The position numbers and the translations under genes were made by a program. From an uncultured Methanomicrobiales archaeon (GTDB taxonomy: Archaea; Halobacteriota; Methanomicrobia; Methanomicrobiales; Methanospirillaceae), in assembly GCA_963758915.1 (NCBI GenBank), contig CAVWXH010000002.1:1-64000 (forward strand): 64,000 nt of DNA. The letters run 5' to 3'. Below the pieces are notes generated by a model, which was not told where the DNA came from, made no database searches, and saw only the letters and a program-made list of their open reading frames with translations. Position 1 is the first letter of the stretch. Every line of letters starts with the position of its first letter. Of this stretch, positions 52,356 through 61,851 are shown piece after piece.

Positions 52356-52416
52356 AGAACATGATGTTGTTGGCCGATTCAAAAACTTCTTATTTGTGAA
52401 ATGAATCAATCATGTA

Positions 52417-53632
52417 ATGGCAAATACTGAAGGGGTAGTGAAAAGGAAAAGAAAAAACGACGGACATAATTACGGCGTACCACTTACCACTGGAAAACGG
52501 AAGCAACTCCTGCAAAAACTGGCTGAGGAACATGGGACACCCATATTTGTAATCGATCACGAGATAATCCGCCAGAATTACAAAGAATTTAAAGAGCGGC
52601 TGCCAAATATCCAGGTATATTTTGCAGTCAAGGCGAATTCAAACCCGGAAATTGTCAGGACGCTTGTACGAGATGGGGAGCAGTTTTGATGTTGCATCCA
52701 TGCCGGAATTCATGATCGTCCATGAAAACATAAAAGACCTGCCAGAAAAAGAACGACAGGACTGGATTTGGGATAAAATCATCTATGCAAATACCATCAA
52801 GCCGATAGAAACGCTGAAAGCTCTCGATCAATACAACCCCCTGGTCACCTTTGATAACAGCGAAGAGCTGAAAAAAATCAGGCTGCATGCACCCCACGCA
52901 GGCCTGGTGTTGCGGATACGGGTCCCGAATACCGGTTCCGTGGTTGAACTCTCATCAAAGTTCGGGGCTGACCCTGGCGAAGCAGTTGACCTGATCGTCG
53001 AGGCATTTGACATGGGCCTTGTGGTGGAAGGGTTAAGTTTCCATGTCGGAAGCCAGTGCACGAATTTTGACAATTATGTTCAGGCCCTGCACCTGTCGGA
53101 AAATATTATCAGCGAGACAGAGACGCGGACAGGCCAGAAAATCAGGATCCTTGATATCGGCGGGGGCTTCCCGGTGAAGTACCACCCAGAGGTAAAGTCC
53201 TTCAAAATTCTCGCAAAACAACTTAATACTGAGATTAAAAGGCTCTTCCCGCCTGACATGCAGATCCTCGCTGAACCGGGAAGGTTCCTGGTGGCCAATG
53301 CCTGCACCCTCGTAGCCAAGGTAATCGGGAAGGCATTCCGCGATGGAAAGCCGTCGTATTATATCAATGACGGTGTTTACCACACCTATTCAGGACAGGT
53401 ATTTGACCATACTACCTACCCGGTGCTGGCTTTTAAGGAGGGGGAGACACAGATTTCGGCCGTATTCGGACCGACCTGTGATGCCTTTGATACGATTACA
53501 CTAAGTGCAGAACTGCCGGAACTTGATATCGGTGACCTGGTCTATTCTGAAAATATCGGGGCTTATTCCCATGCCTCGTCCACCTACTTCAACGGGTTTC
53601 CCCCGGCGAAGGTGGTGCATATCAACCGTTGA
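52417..53632 (+). CDS. Type III PLP-dependent ornithine/lysine decarboxylase, apparent +1 insertion near 52664
   Basis: YFAVKAN (PLP Lys), FDVAS..E, KFG, FHVGSQ, DIGGGFP, EPGR, GPTCD, GAY. Confidence 0.9.
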
Positions 53633-53687
53633 TTTTTTTATATCCCGATTGATTGTGGAATTTTTACCCCGTAGCATTCCTCTAATC

Positions 53688-53850
53688 TATCTTGCCTTGT
53701 AGAATATTTCGAAATTCTATCCCGCTCCCGGGGGTTCCATCCGGATGTCTGGCGACTCCGGCTGGGACAGCAACCAGGGCCCTCCTGAACTGCTCATGCA
53801 CCCTTCAGGGGAAGCCTGAAAATAGGCAATCTTAATGGTAAGGGGAGTGA
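53688..53850 (+). repeat. Dispersed intergenic repeat, copy 5 (degenerate)
   Basis: CGCTCCCGGGGG...TGGCGACTCCGGCTGGGACAG matches the conserved 5' block; lies between convergent genes. Confidence 0.55.
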
Positions 53851-53959
53851 TAGCGGTTTGGTGCAGAATGAATCAGGATATTACCTCTTCATCGGGGCCT
53901 TCCCGCGAACCAGTTTCTTATCCATTCCTATGGGGGGATTATCCCCCGTGCAGCATGCC

Positions 53960-54701
53960 TCATTCGCTTTTCCTCCCCACCGCTGCGCAGTACAGGTACA
54001 AACTCCTCCTCTCCATCAATATCCAGGACATCTGCCATCTCCTGGTCATCAAATGCCCCGATTGCACATGCTCCACAGCCGATCTGCCCAGCTGCAAGGT
54101 AGAGGTTCTGGCAGGCGTGCCCGGCATCGAGGTGAACGAGCCGGTACGCCCGTTCGCTGTACCGCCATGCCATCCGGTAGATCACCGCGGACCAGATGAA
54201 AGATACTGCTGATGATCGTACGAAGGCCTGACCCAGACAGGCAGACATGATTCTATCCGATATCCCGCCGGAGGTATCAATGGCGGCAAGACTGTGGGAG
54301 AACGCGAGGTAGCGGTACAGCCCGGGTTGTATACCTGTTACCCGGTTGATGAGCAGGTAAGTCTCCAAAGCATGTCGTCCTCCGGCAGACGGGACGTTAC
54401 GGAGGGTGTAAAACGGGACATTCACTTCCGCTATTCCCTGGGTGCACCAGCACAGGTAGGTAAGTTCTTCGATGGTAAGTGGATCACGGGCATAATGACG
54501 GGTAGAACGCCGCTCCTCGATGCCAATACGGAGATCCAGGGCCTTCACGGTAATATCTTCCGGTCTGGGAAGCGGGATGACGGGAGCAGTCCGGGGAACT
54601 TCTTTTTCCAGCGGTGGAGCAGGACGCCCCTGTCTCTGGTCAGATTCGGTCAGGTATTCATACCGGGTCTGTTCCATGAATGTGCGACCGGTTGGCAGCA
54701 T
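53960..54701 (-). CDS. SagB/ThcOx-family nitroreductase-like protein, apparent +1 insertion near 53995
   Basis: RRSTR.Y, R.VPSAGGRH.LE.Y, LDAGHACQNLYL, IGAFDD; removing one C gives C-terminus EFVLYCAAVGRKSE*. Confidence 0.88.
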
Positions 54702-54962
54702 ACGCCAGTGATTGCTGCTTTGTGGGAATAAATGCAACGGTGGTGGCACGGGAATACCCTTCCTGCCAGCAGAATAATTACATTGAGACCCGCCAACTTT
54801 TTAATCGTCAGAAACAGTTTTTTCGCTATCATGAACTGCTCTTCCTACCAGGTTGATTCCGGTGGACAGCAGGATACCGCTGTAATCCCATGGAATCATA
54901 TCTGATGAATCAACCGGATTCAAATAGAAACTGTTTTAATTTTCAATCTGTTATGAAAATCT

Positions 54963-55523
54963 ATGAAGTTACGTGGTATATTTTGTTTGATACTCATCCT
55001 GTCCGCAATAGTGCTGTCTGCCGGGTGTACAGGTCCGCAGCCTTCAACCCCCTCCTCTCCTGCAACAACCACCATGGTGGTAACAACTACTGCCACCCCC
55101 GCGTTCGCGGAAAAACCTGCGACACCGGTGCCCATGGTTACCCAGAATGCCAACGCCCGCAAATTTCTTGTGAATAAGAGCTGGAAAGTCCAGTCCTGGC
55201 GAACGGAGCCAGAAATGGACCAGCAGAACAATACGGTAAAGTCCTTCCTGGCAAGTTATCACAACCGTTCGAATCATACCTTCACATGGTATGACAACGG
55301 CACTCTCGCATACCGTTACCCCAATGGCACAGCGTACACAACCGGTACCTGGAACCTGACCAAAAATAACGCAGTTATTGTCGAAAAATATACGAATACC
55401 GACGGTTTCTACCAGGAGAGTGAAAATGAGATCCTCAACCTTACGGAATCAATATTTGTCATCCGGTACCCTGCCAATGTGGCTGGAAAGGAGTATTTCT
55501 TCATCGAGACCCATAGTCTGTAA
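54963..55523 (+). CDS. Lipoprotein with lipocalin-like beta domain
   Basis: AGC lipobox, Thr/Pro linker, L..KSWK...F..NGT...GTW pattern. Confidence 0.65.
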   Translation: MKLRGIFCLILILSAIVLSAGCTGPQPSTPSSPATTTMVVTTTATPAFAEKPATPVPMVTQNANARKFLVNKSWKVQSWRTEPEMDQQNNTVKSFLASYHNRSNHTFTWYDNGTLAYRYPNGTAYTTGTWNLTKNNAVIVEKYTNTDGFYQESENEILNLTESIFVIRYPANVAGKEYFFIETHSL

Positions 55524-55828
55524 CAGGATATCCGGGTCCTGGGGAATGGCAGGTATACGGGTAAATAGCAGGGGAAACCTGGAAGGGACCGCCTGCCATA
55601 CTCCTGTTTCTCTTTTCCCGGATTGTTATGGTAACATGTTTCATGGGTTATCACGGATCCGGTCTTTGGAAACCGGCTTGAAATTTTCAATTCCCTCTTT
55701 GTACTCGTTTAAGCCAGGTCCGCTCTGACAAAGCAATGCGTAAACCCCGGTTACCGCATAAACCGCGGGGAAAGAATCGACGGAGCGGTTATTTAATTCA
55801 TCATAATCGATATTAGTATAGTGATTTG

Positions 55829-56011
55829 ATGTCGAAACGGGCTGTCGATTCAGTATTCCAGGCGATGTTCCTGCTCACCGATTTGAGGGTGATCCTCCGT
55901 GATACCGCCCCGGTTCACGAGCTTGATGAAGGCCAGCAGGCCATGGTGTCCCGGACGCTCGCAGAACTCGAAGAGCAGGTGAAGGTCATCAGGAAGGAGA
56001 TGGTGGGATGA
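55829..56011 (+). CDS. Small helical protein coupled to pscS (SepCysS N-domain-like)
   Basis: 60 aa, ATGA overlap with pscS; helical-hairpin pattern. Confidence 0.65.
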   Translation: MSKRAVDSVFQAMFLLTDLRVILRDTAPVHELDEGQQAMVSRTLAELEEQVKVIRKEMVG

Positions 56012-57189
56012 AGTGCGGGCTTTCACTGGATGTCCGTGACATTGACGAGACCACGATCAATATCGACCCGATCCAGGTAGGCGGGCGCCTTACCGCTGAT
56101 GCGATGAAGGCGGTCATTGCATACGGTGACGGGTATTCAGTCTGTGACAACTGCAGGAAACCAAACCGCCTTGACATGATAAAAAGTCCCCCCATTGATG
56201 CATTTCATCGCGACCTTGCGGCGTTTGTGAACATGGACGAGGCCCGTGTTGTGCCAGGGGCACGGCGGGCTTTCCAGGCAGTTGCAGGGACGTATATAGA
56301 AAAGGGCGACCCGGTACTGCTCACCGCCCTGTCTCACTATACTGAATTTCTCTCTGTTGAGGCGTATGGCGGGGTACCCCTTGAGATCCAGAAGAGCCCG
56401 GAGAATATCATAACGGCCGACGCTGCCGGAGAGAAGATCGATGCGGTCAAACGCGAATACGGACGACCCCCGAAACTCCTCTATGTCGATCATTTCGATT
56501 ACCAGTTCGGCAACGAGCATGACGTGAAAGGGATCGTCAAAGTCGCGAAAGAGAACGATATCCCGGTGCTCTATAACGGGGCATACACTGTCGGCATTCT
56601 GCCGGTCGACGGTCGTGACCTTGGTGCTGATTTTGTTGTCGGATCTGCCCACAAGAGCATGGCCTCACCTGCCCCTTCCGGTGTGCTTGCGGTAACCAGA
56701 GAGCGTGCAGAGGAGGTATTCCGGACAACGAAGGCCCAGGCTGACCTGACTAAACGGACATTCGGGATCAAGGAAGTCGAGATGATGGGCTGCACCCTCA
56801 TGGGCGTCACACTCGTTGGCATGATGGCCTCGTTCCCCCATGTACGCGAACGGGTGAAACACTGGGACCGTCACCTTTCAAACGGGAGTATGATCGTGGA
56901 CGCACTCCTTGCCATTGATGGTACAACAGTAAAGTCGGAGTACCCGAGGAAGCATACGCTCACCAGGGTTGATACGACCGGGTCTTTCGATACCGTGGCC
57001 AGGACTCATAAAAAGCGCGGTTTCTTCCTGACCAGTGCCCTTAAAGAGATGGGTATTGCAGGGACAATTCCCGGTGCAACGAAAGTCTGGAAGTTCAATA
57101 CCTATGGAATGACCGATGCCCAGGCACGGTACACTGCGAAGGCTTTCCAGGATATTGCCCTTCAAAACGGGCTCCCTGTATCCCCGTGA
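56008..57189 (+). CDS. pscS: O-phospho-L-seryl-tRNA:Cys-tRNA synthase (SepCysS)
   Basis: INIDPIQ.GG.LT, GDGYSVCD.C, GAR, HY, GSAHKS, GCT motifs. Confidence 0.95.
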   Translation: MKCGLSLDVRDIDETTINIDPIQVGGRLTADAMKAVIAYGDGYSVCDNCRKPNRLDMIKSPPIDAFHRDLAAFVNMDEARVVPGARRAFQAVAGTYIEKGDPVLLTALSHYTEFLSVEAYGGVPLEIQKSPENIITADAAGEKIDAVKREYGRPPKLLYVDHFDYQFGNEHDVKGIVKVAKENDIPVLYNGAYTVGILPVDGRDLGADFVVGSAHKSMASPAPSGVLAVTRERAEEVFRTTKAQADLTKRTFGIKEVEMMGCTLMGVTLVGMMASFPHVRERVKHWDRHLSNGSMIVDALLAIDGTTVKSEYPRKHTLTRVDTTGSFDTVARTHKKRGFFLTSALKEMGIAGTIPGATKVWKFNTYGMTDAQARYTAKAFQDIALQNGLPVSP

Positions 57190-57267
57190 TCCTGCACTCC
57201 CAAATAACGGTTCTGCAGGCGTCCTCTCAAACCTGTCCTGTAGATGGGAAAAGTCCAGAATTTAATA

Positions 57268-57465
57268 ACGCTCCCGGGGCTCCGCCGCTTTTGCGACCCC
57301 GGTTGGGACAGGGCATGGATTTAACAATCCCTGAATTTTTCAGGGACCCAATTGATAAACCCTGCCCATGAATTGTTGTATCCGGGTGGACCAGGGAGGG
57401 GGTGAAACCCACTCCCGTCTACACATTCCTCTTTTTCTCTTCAACACTCATGGTTTGTAAAAAAG
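57268..57465 (+). repeat. Dispersed intergenic repeat, copy 6
   Basis: CGCTCCCGGGGCTCCGCCGC, TGCGACCCCGGTTGGGACAGGG, CCCTGAA-TTT-TTCAGGG, CAGGGAGGGGGTGAAACCCACTCCC, TTCCTCTTTTT. Confidence 0.85.
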
Positions 57466-57480
57466 AGCGAAAAAAAACAT

Positions 57481-58011
57481 TTACTTTTTCTGAACTTGTT
57501 TCTTATTGTCGGGAAGGGTCTCTTTCCGGACTATTTTCATCTCGCATGCCTTATCCCCCATGCACATGCTCCGTACGAACCTGAGTGAGTAATCCGGGTT
57601 CAGTGTCTCTATCGCAGAGATACTGAATGCAAGGCACTTGGAAAACAGGGGCTCCGTATGGCCCCTCATCTCCATTTCGCGGAAAATGAACGGGCATTTC
57701 GTGACCCTTACGACCGACCTGTCTTCTTCGATTTTAAGATGCTCCATGTTATAATCCGGGGAAAAAAAGATCTTTGAAATCGTCCGGTAGGTATTTGCGA
57801 GGTCCGGCGCTGTCTTTACCGGGAGTTTAAACGCATCGGCGACAGATTTCGCCTCTTTTCCTGTCTCGATCCAGATGTCCTGTTCGAGCTCGTCATACTC
57901 ATCCCCCAGTTTCTTCCGAAACGCGATGTCGTACATAACGGGGAGACGGGATGCAAGACGGCTTGCTATCAGCCATTTAGCGGCATCCGGGATGTCAGTC
58001 TCTTCAACCAT
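57481..58011 (-). CDS. V4R / ATC-hydrolase-like ligand-binding protein
   Basis: TKCPF...C...NP....F..SMC.GD..CE Cys pattern. Confidence 0.65.
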   Translation of the reverse strand: MVEETDIPDAAKWLIASRLASRLPVMYDIAFRKKLGDEYDELEQDIWIETGKEAKSVADAFKLPVKTAPDLANTYRTISKIFFSPDYNMEHLKIEEDRSVVRVTKCPFIFREMEMRGHTEPLFSKCLAFSISAIETLNPDYSLRFVRSMCMGDKACEMKIVRKETLPDNKKQVQKK

Positions 58012-58482
58012 TCCATCCGAAATCTACCCCGGGAGGGAAAAAGTAATTGGATCGTACCAATGCCAGGTGCCTATCCCGCAGGCGGTACCAATCCGGCGGA
58101 TTTTAATGGTCCCTGTACCTGAATAATACTATACGAGACCGTTATCGTTACTACCTGCCAGGTGCGGTCGGCAGTTGCGGTAACTGGTATGCCGGTCATG
58201 GATAGTACAATCGTGAACGTGACCGGAAAATGATCAGGGCATCCAGGAAATTTCCGGTGGAAGCCTGATAACAACGAAAATATATGGCTGGTTTCATATT
58301 CCATGGTGGATATCAGGGCGCTCTTCATGGTCGACCAGCGGGTATTAACCGGCAGGGAAAGGATGAATGATGAGGTAGAGTGGATATAACCGGATGACTG
58401 AAATGATGCACTGTAACGTTCCAGCCGGAAATCAGGCAGAAAATAGATATCTGTCTGGTCGCAGCGTGACAGGAGGCCTGTT

Positions 58483-60006
58483 ATGACTGAAGAACGAGCA
58501 TGGGAGATCATCGTGATAGGGGGTGGACTTGCAGGGCTTACGTCAGGTGCTTACCTTGCGATGGCCGGAAAATCAGTCCTCCTCCTGGAGCAGCGGGACC
58601 TGCCCGGTGGCTGTTGCGGGGCTTTCTCATCAGGTGGACATAATGTACCGGCGGCAGCCCACCTGGTGAATGACCCTGGCATGATAAACGGGATACTCCG
58701 TGAGCTGGGTGCTGCAGAGATCACGTTCACCCGTCTCGACCCGGTCTTCGACGTGGCGGGTCCCTGCCCCGGGAAACACCTGATAATCACTTCAGACAGG
58801 GAACGTTTTGAAGAATCCGCCCATGGAATGGTCACGGATTCAGTGCGGGAAAAAGTTAGCCAGGGACTTGGCAGGCTCATTGAGTTATCGGGACAGATTA
58901 ATCGCGAAACGAAGGCGCTGCCGCTTGAAAGCCCCGAACTGATGTCATTTTTCAAACGGCTGTTCCTGGGCATTTCAATGCAGCGAAAACTCCCCATGAG
59001 CATGGAATATGGCAGGATGCCCGTCCAGCAGTTCCTCAGCTCGGTCTTTCCGGGTGTTGAGATGCAATGCCTCCGGGCTGCGCTCCGGTCTGTTGTTCCT
59101 CTACGTAGTGCCCGTGCCCTTGACCTCCTCCAGCTTCTTGGCAATGTAGCCGAAGGCAATGTTTTTTACCCGGATGGCGGAGTTGAATCGCTAATCGAAA
59201 CCCTGAACGGTTGTTTCCAGTCATATGGAGGGGTAGTAAGGACAGGGGCAAAAGTCACCTCTGTCAATGTGGCCGATGGGCAGGTCACCGGTGTAACACT
59301 GGCAGATGAGAGCACCATCAACGGTGACATGGTGTTATCGGCAATCGATATGAAGGAATTGTTCTTTACCCTGCTCCCCGAAAAGGTGGCCCCGCGGCTG
59401 TTCCAGGAGAAACTCGCAAAAATTCCGCTATCAGACTCGTACATCACGGTAACGGTGACCACCACCTTCCCCGCCGGGACGGTTAACGAACATGGAAAAG
59501 GTGTCAGGGTAATAAACCCCGTTGTTGAGGAAGATGAGCTGTTCACCTCAGATGAACCTGACCGCGTCTCACTATTTATCCATTTCCCGGAACTGGTGTC
59601 GGGACACGTGCCGGATGGCCGGTCAGTGGTCCAGATCATGGCCCCTGTCCGTTTTATATATGAAGATAACTGGCATTCAGGGCCGGAGTGCAAAAAAACG
59701 GGGGAGTATAATGAATTCAAGAAACAGTACGCTGCATTGCTTATTAAGCGGGCTGAGGCCGTGGTCCCCGGCCTGTCATCACACATTGCGGATATTGCAG
59801 TTGCCACACCCGTAAGTTACCGGTCCTGCACCGGGAATGACGAGGGCGCTGTCTTCGGTTGGCGCCGGCCGAGGATGTGGCGGCAGAAAGTGCATTACAC
59901 CCATGGCCTTTACCTCGCCGGCCACTGGACCTATCCCGGGCCCGGGATATTAAAAACGATGATGTCAGGAAAAAATGCCGGCAGGATCATGTTATCCGGG
60001 GAGTAA
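58483..60006 (+). CDS. Phytoene desaturase-like FAD-dependent oxidoreductase
   Basis: IGGGLAGL, LEQ...PGG, YP.GG, ATP.....TGN..GA..GW, LYLAGHWT.PG.G. Confidence 0.88.
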   Translation: MTEERAWEIIVIGGGLAGLTSGAYLAMAGKSVLLLEQRDLPGGCCGAFSSGGHNVPAAAHLVNDPGMINGILRELGAAEITFTRLDPVFDVAGPCPGKHLIITSDRERFEESAHGMVTDSVREKVSQGLGRLIELSGQINRETKALPLESPELMSFFKRLFLGISMQRKLPMSMEYGRMPVQQFLSSVFPGVEMQCLRAALRSVVPLRSARALDLLQLLGNVAEGNVFYPDGGVESLIETLNGCFQSYGGVVRTGAKVTSVNVADGQVTGVTLADESTINGDMVLSAIDMKELFFTLLPEKVAPRLFQEKLAKIPLSDSYITVTVTTTFPAGTVNEHGKGVRVINPVVEEDELFTSDEPDRVSLFIHFPELVSGHVPDGRSVVQIMAPVRFIYEDNWHSGPECKKTGEYNEFKKQYAALLIKRAEAVVPGLSSHIADIAVATPVSYRSCTGNDEGAVFGWRRPRMWRQKVHYTHGLYLAGHWTYPGPGILKTMMSGKNAGRIMLSGE

Positions 60007-60024
60007 GACCCGGGGGTGGTGTGC

Positions 60025-60546
60025 ATGGAAGATGAAAGAACCGAAACGATCAGCCGCATTGCAACGTTCTGTGCCGGGTCCTTCTGGGACCTTGAATCGG
60101 TTTTCAGGCATTTGAACGGTGTTGTTGCCACGTCCGTGGGATTTATGGGGGGTACTGTGACGGCCCCCACCTACGGGGAGGTCTGTACCGGGAAGACGGG
60201 GCATTCCGAGGTGGTCATGATCGCCTATGATCCAGGCCACATTTCGTACGGGAAACTCCTCGATATTTATTTTAATTCCAGTGACCCCTGCTCCCGGCAG
60301 CAGGGGGAATACGCAGGAACCCAGTATGGACCGGTGATCTTTTGTCATGATGACCAGGATAAGCAGCTGGCGGAGGAGTATATCCGCGAATTACGTCAAA
60401 AAGGACGATGCCCGGAGGGGGTAGTCACCCGGACCGCTCCCGCATCAACATTTTATCGGGCTGACGAATGTCACCAGCAGTTTTATGAAAAGATGGGGTG
60501 CTGTTATCCTGTCCTTCATACCGGCGATCACCGCAGTGAAGAGTAG
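60025..60546 (+). CDS. msrA: Peptide methionine sulfoxide reductase MsrA homolog (catalytic Cys replaced)
   Basis: GSFWD in place of GCFWG; PTY.EVC.G.TGH.E, GTQY, FYRADE.HQQFY. Confidence 0.8.
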   Translation: MEDERTETISRIATFCAGSFWDLESVFRHLNGVVATSVGFMGGTVTAPTYGEVCTGKTGHSEVVMIAYDPGHISYGKLLDIYFNSSDPCSRQQGEYAGTQYGPVIFCHDDQDKQLAEEYIRELRQKGRCPEGVVTRTAPASTFYRADECHQQFYEKMGCCYPVLHTGDHRSEE

Positions 60547-60850
60547 TGCCCGAATCACCGGTCTCCATGGTTTATTATGCGCAGGCGTTCACCAGTCCCG
60601 ATATTATCGCTTCTGCACCGTTTTATTCCCTTGAAACCCCGGAGCACCACCTGCCAGGAGCCAGGTAATTGTGGTCATCCCATTGAGGCCTGACAGGCCG
60701 GAGCATGGTGATAGTGGAGGGGACCCCGGTTTGATGAGACTGTGGACATGCAGGCGGGTCCTGATTTTTATTCCGAATGTATAGGGGGATGAAAAGTTTT
60801 ATGTAATCAATAGCGGAAATTGAATATAAAAATAAAAAGGGACGAAAAAA

Positions 60851-61309
60851 ATGGCTCTTAATGTCAGTCATCCTGGTATTTTTTCAAAGATAGTCATCTT
60901 TTCAATAGTTATCTCCCTGTTGATGTTTGGAACTCCTGTGGCAGCCCTGCCCATATCAAATTCCTATTCAGGCTATTATCATGGAATGTCGTATGGATAC
61001 TCTGTCAACCTGCAATCAACCTCAACACACCCGGTGATAGGGACTTCGGAATCCCAGGGAATAAGCGTGGTCTTTCTCTCCCCGGTCCTTGCCGGACCCG
61101 GATATCGTGGAAATTATCTCCCCGCAAATCCCGGTTCAACACAGGCATTATTTAAAAAATTGAAATATGATTATTCTTTGAACTCACAAAAATTCATTCC
61201 TGTACCACCTGATTACATACAACTGTTTTCAAGTTCAGAAAATATTCATATCGCAACATCCATTGACTACGTGGATACATCCAATCAGCACATTCATTCT
61301 GAATCCTGA
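60851..61309 (+). CDS. Hypothetical secreted protein
   Basis: AT-rich ORF with a signal-peptide-like N-terminus; no recognisable family. Confidence 0.45.
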   Translation: MALNVSHPGIFSKIVIFSIVISLLMFGTPVAALPISNSYSGYYHGMSYGYSVNLQSTSTHPVIGTSESQGISVVFLSPVLAGPGYRGNYLPANPGSTQALFKKLKYDYSLNSQKFIPVPPDYIQLFSSSENIHIATSIDYVDTSNQHIHSES

Positions 61310-61354
61310 TATTTGTCATTCCCCCGCTTTTTTTGCCGGGTATGAAACCTGACT

Positions 61355-61680
61355 GGAAAATCAGCTGATATGAAAAACCCCGGTAAAACATCTGAAAGGC
61401 AACCTTTTTCATGCACCTCTATGATCCAAAGGCTCATAGCACGCTTTGTTGAAACACAGGTGAACGGGAAGTTCAGACCAGGGCTATGAAAATGCCTCGT
61501 TCAAAATTTCCATAAATTGAGGTCCGGTTTCTCATTTTCATGGGAAATTCTCTGATACGTTCTTACTGAATCCGGACTATCCCTTAATTTTTCAACGCTC
61601 CCTGGGCTCATGGCCCGCTGCGGTGGCGACCCCGGCCGGGACAGGAAATGATCTCTCTGAATTATTGAAATATCTGGCGG
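61355..61680 (+). repeat. Dispersed intergenic repeat, copy 7 (distal module plus 5' core)
   Basis: CAACGCTCCCTGGGCTCATGGCCCGC and TGGCGACCCCGGCCGGGACAGG; 61360-61455 is homologous to the reverse complement of 16180-16255. Confidence 0.75.
61447..61507 (+). repeat. ~60-bp direct repeat, left copy
   Basis: TGTTGAAAC....TGAACGGGAAGTTCA...TGAAAATGCC.CGTTCAAAAT recurs at 63216-63277. Confidence 0.8.
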
Positions 61681-61851
61681 GACCGTACAATAGAGAAGTG
61701 CTTAAATACAAATCTTGATAATAAAATAACTAGTTTTATGGTTATTTTTAACCAATTAAACCCCCTGATAACTGCCAATTGCCTAAATGGTTAAAACCGT
61801 GACACTTGAGAAGTCAGGACTCCGGAGAATACCGGATCCGGGATTGCAGGT

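Noticed and set aside
52660-52692. Antizyme-like programmed +1 frameshift (TTT TGA) at the end of the first decarboxylase ORF
   Set aside because: Deleting one base ~20 nt earlier restores the family-like LYEMGSSFDVAS, whereas shifting at TTT-TGA gives LVRDGEQFDVAS. Eight other genes show the same +1 defect, so an error is more parsimonious.
58071-58511. 146-aa minus-strand ORF, and the many long antisense ORFs inside genes
   Set aside because: No recognisable motifs; such shadow ORFs are expected at this GC content.
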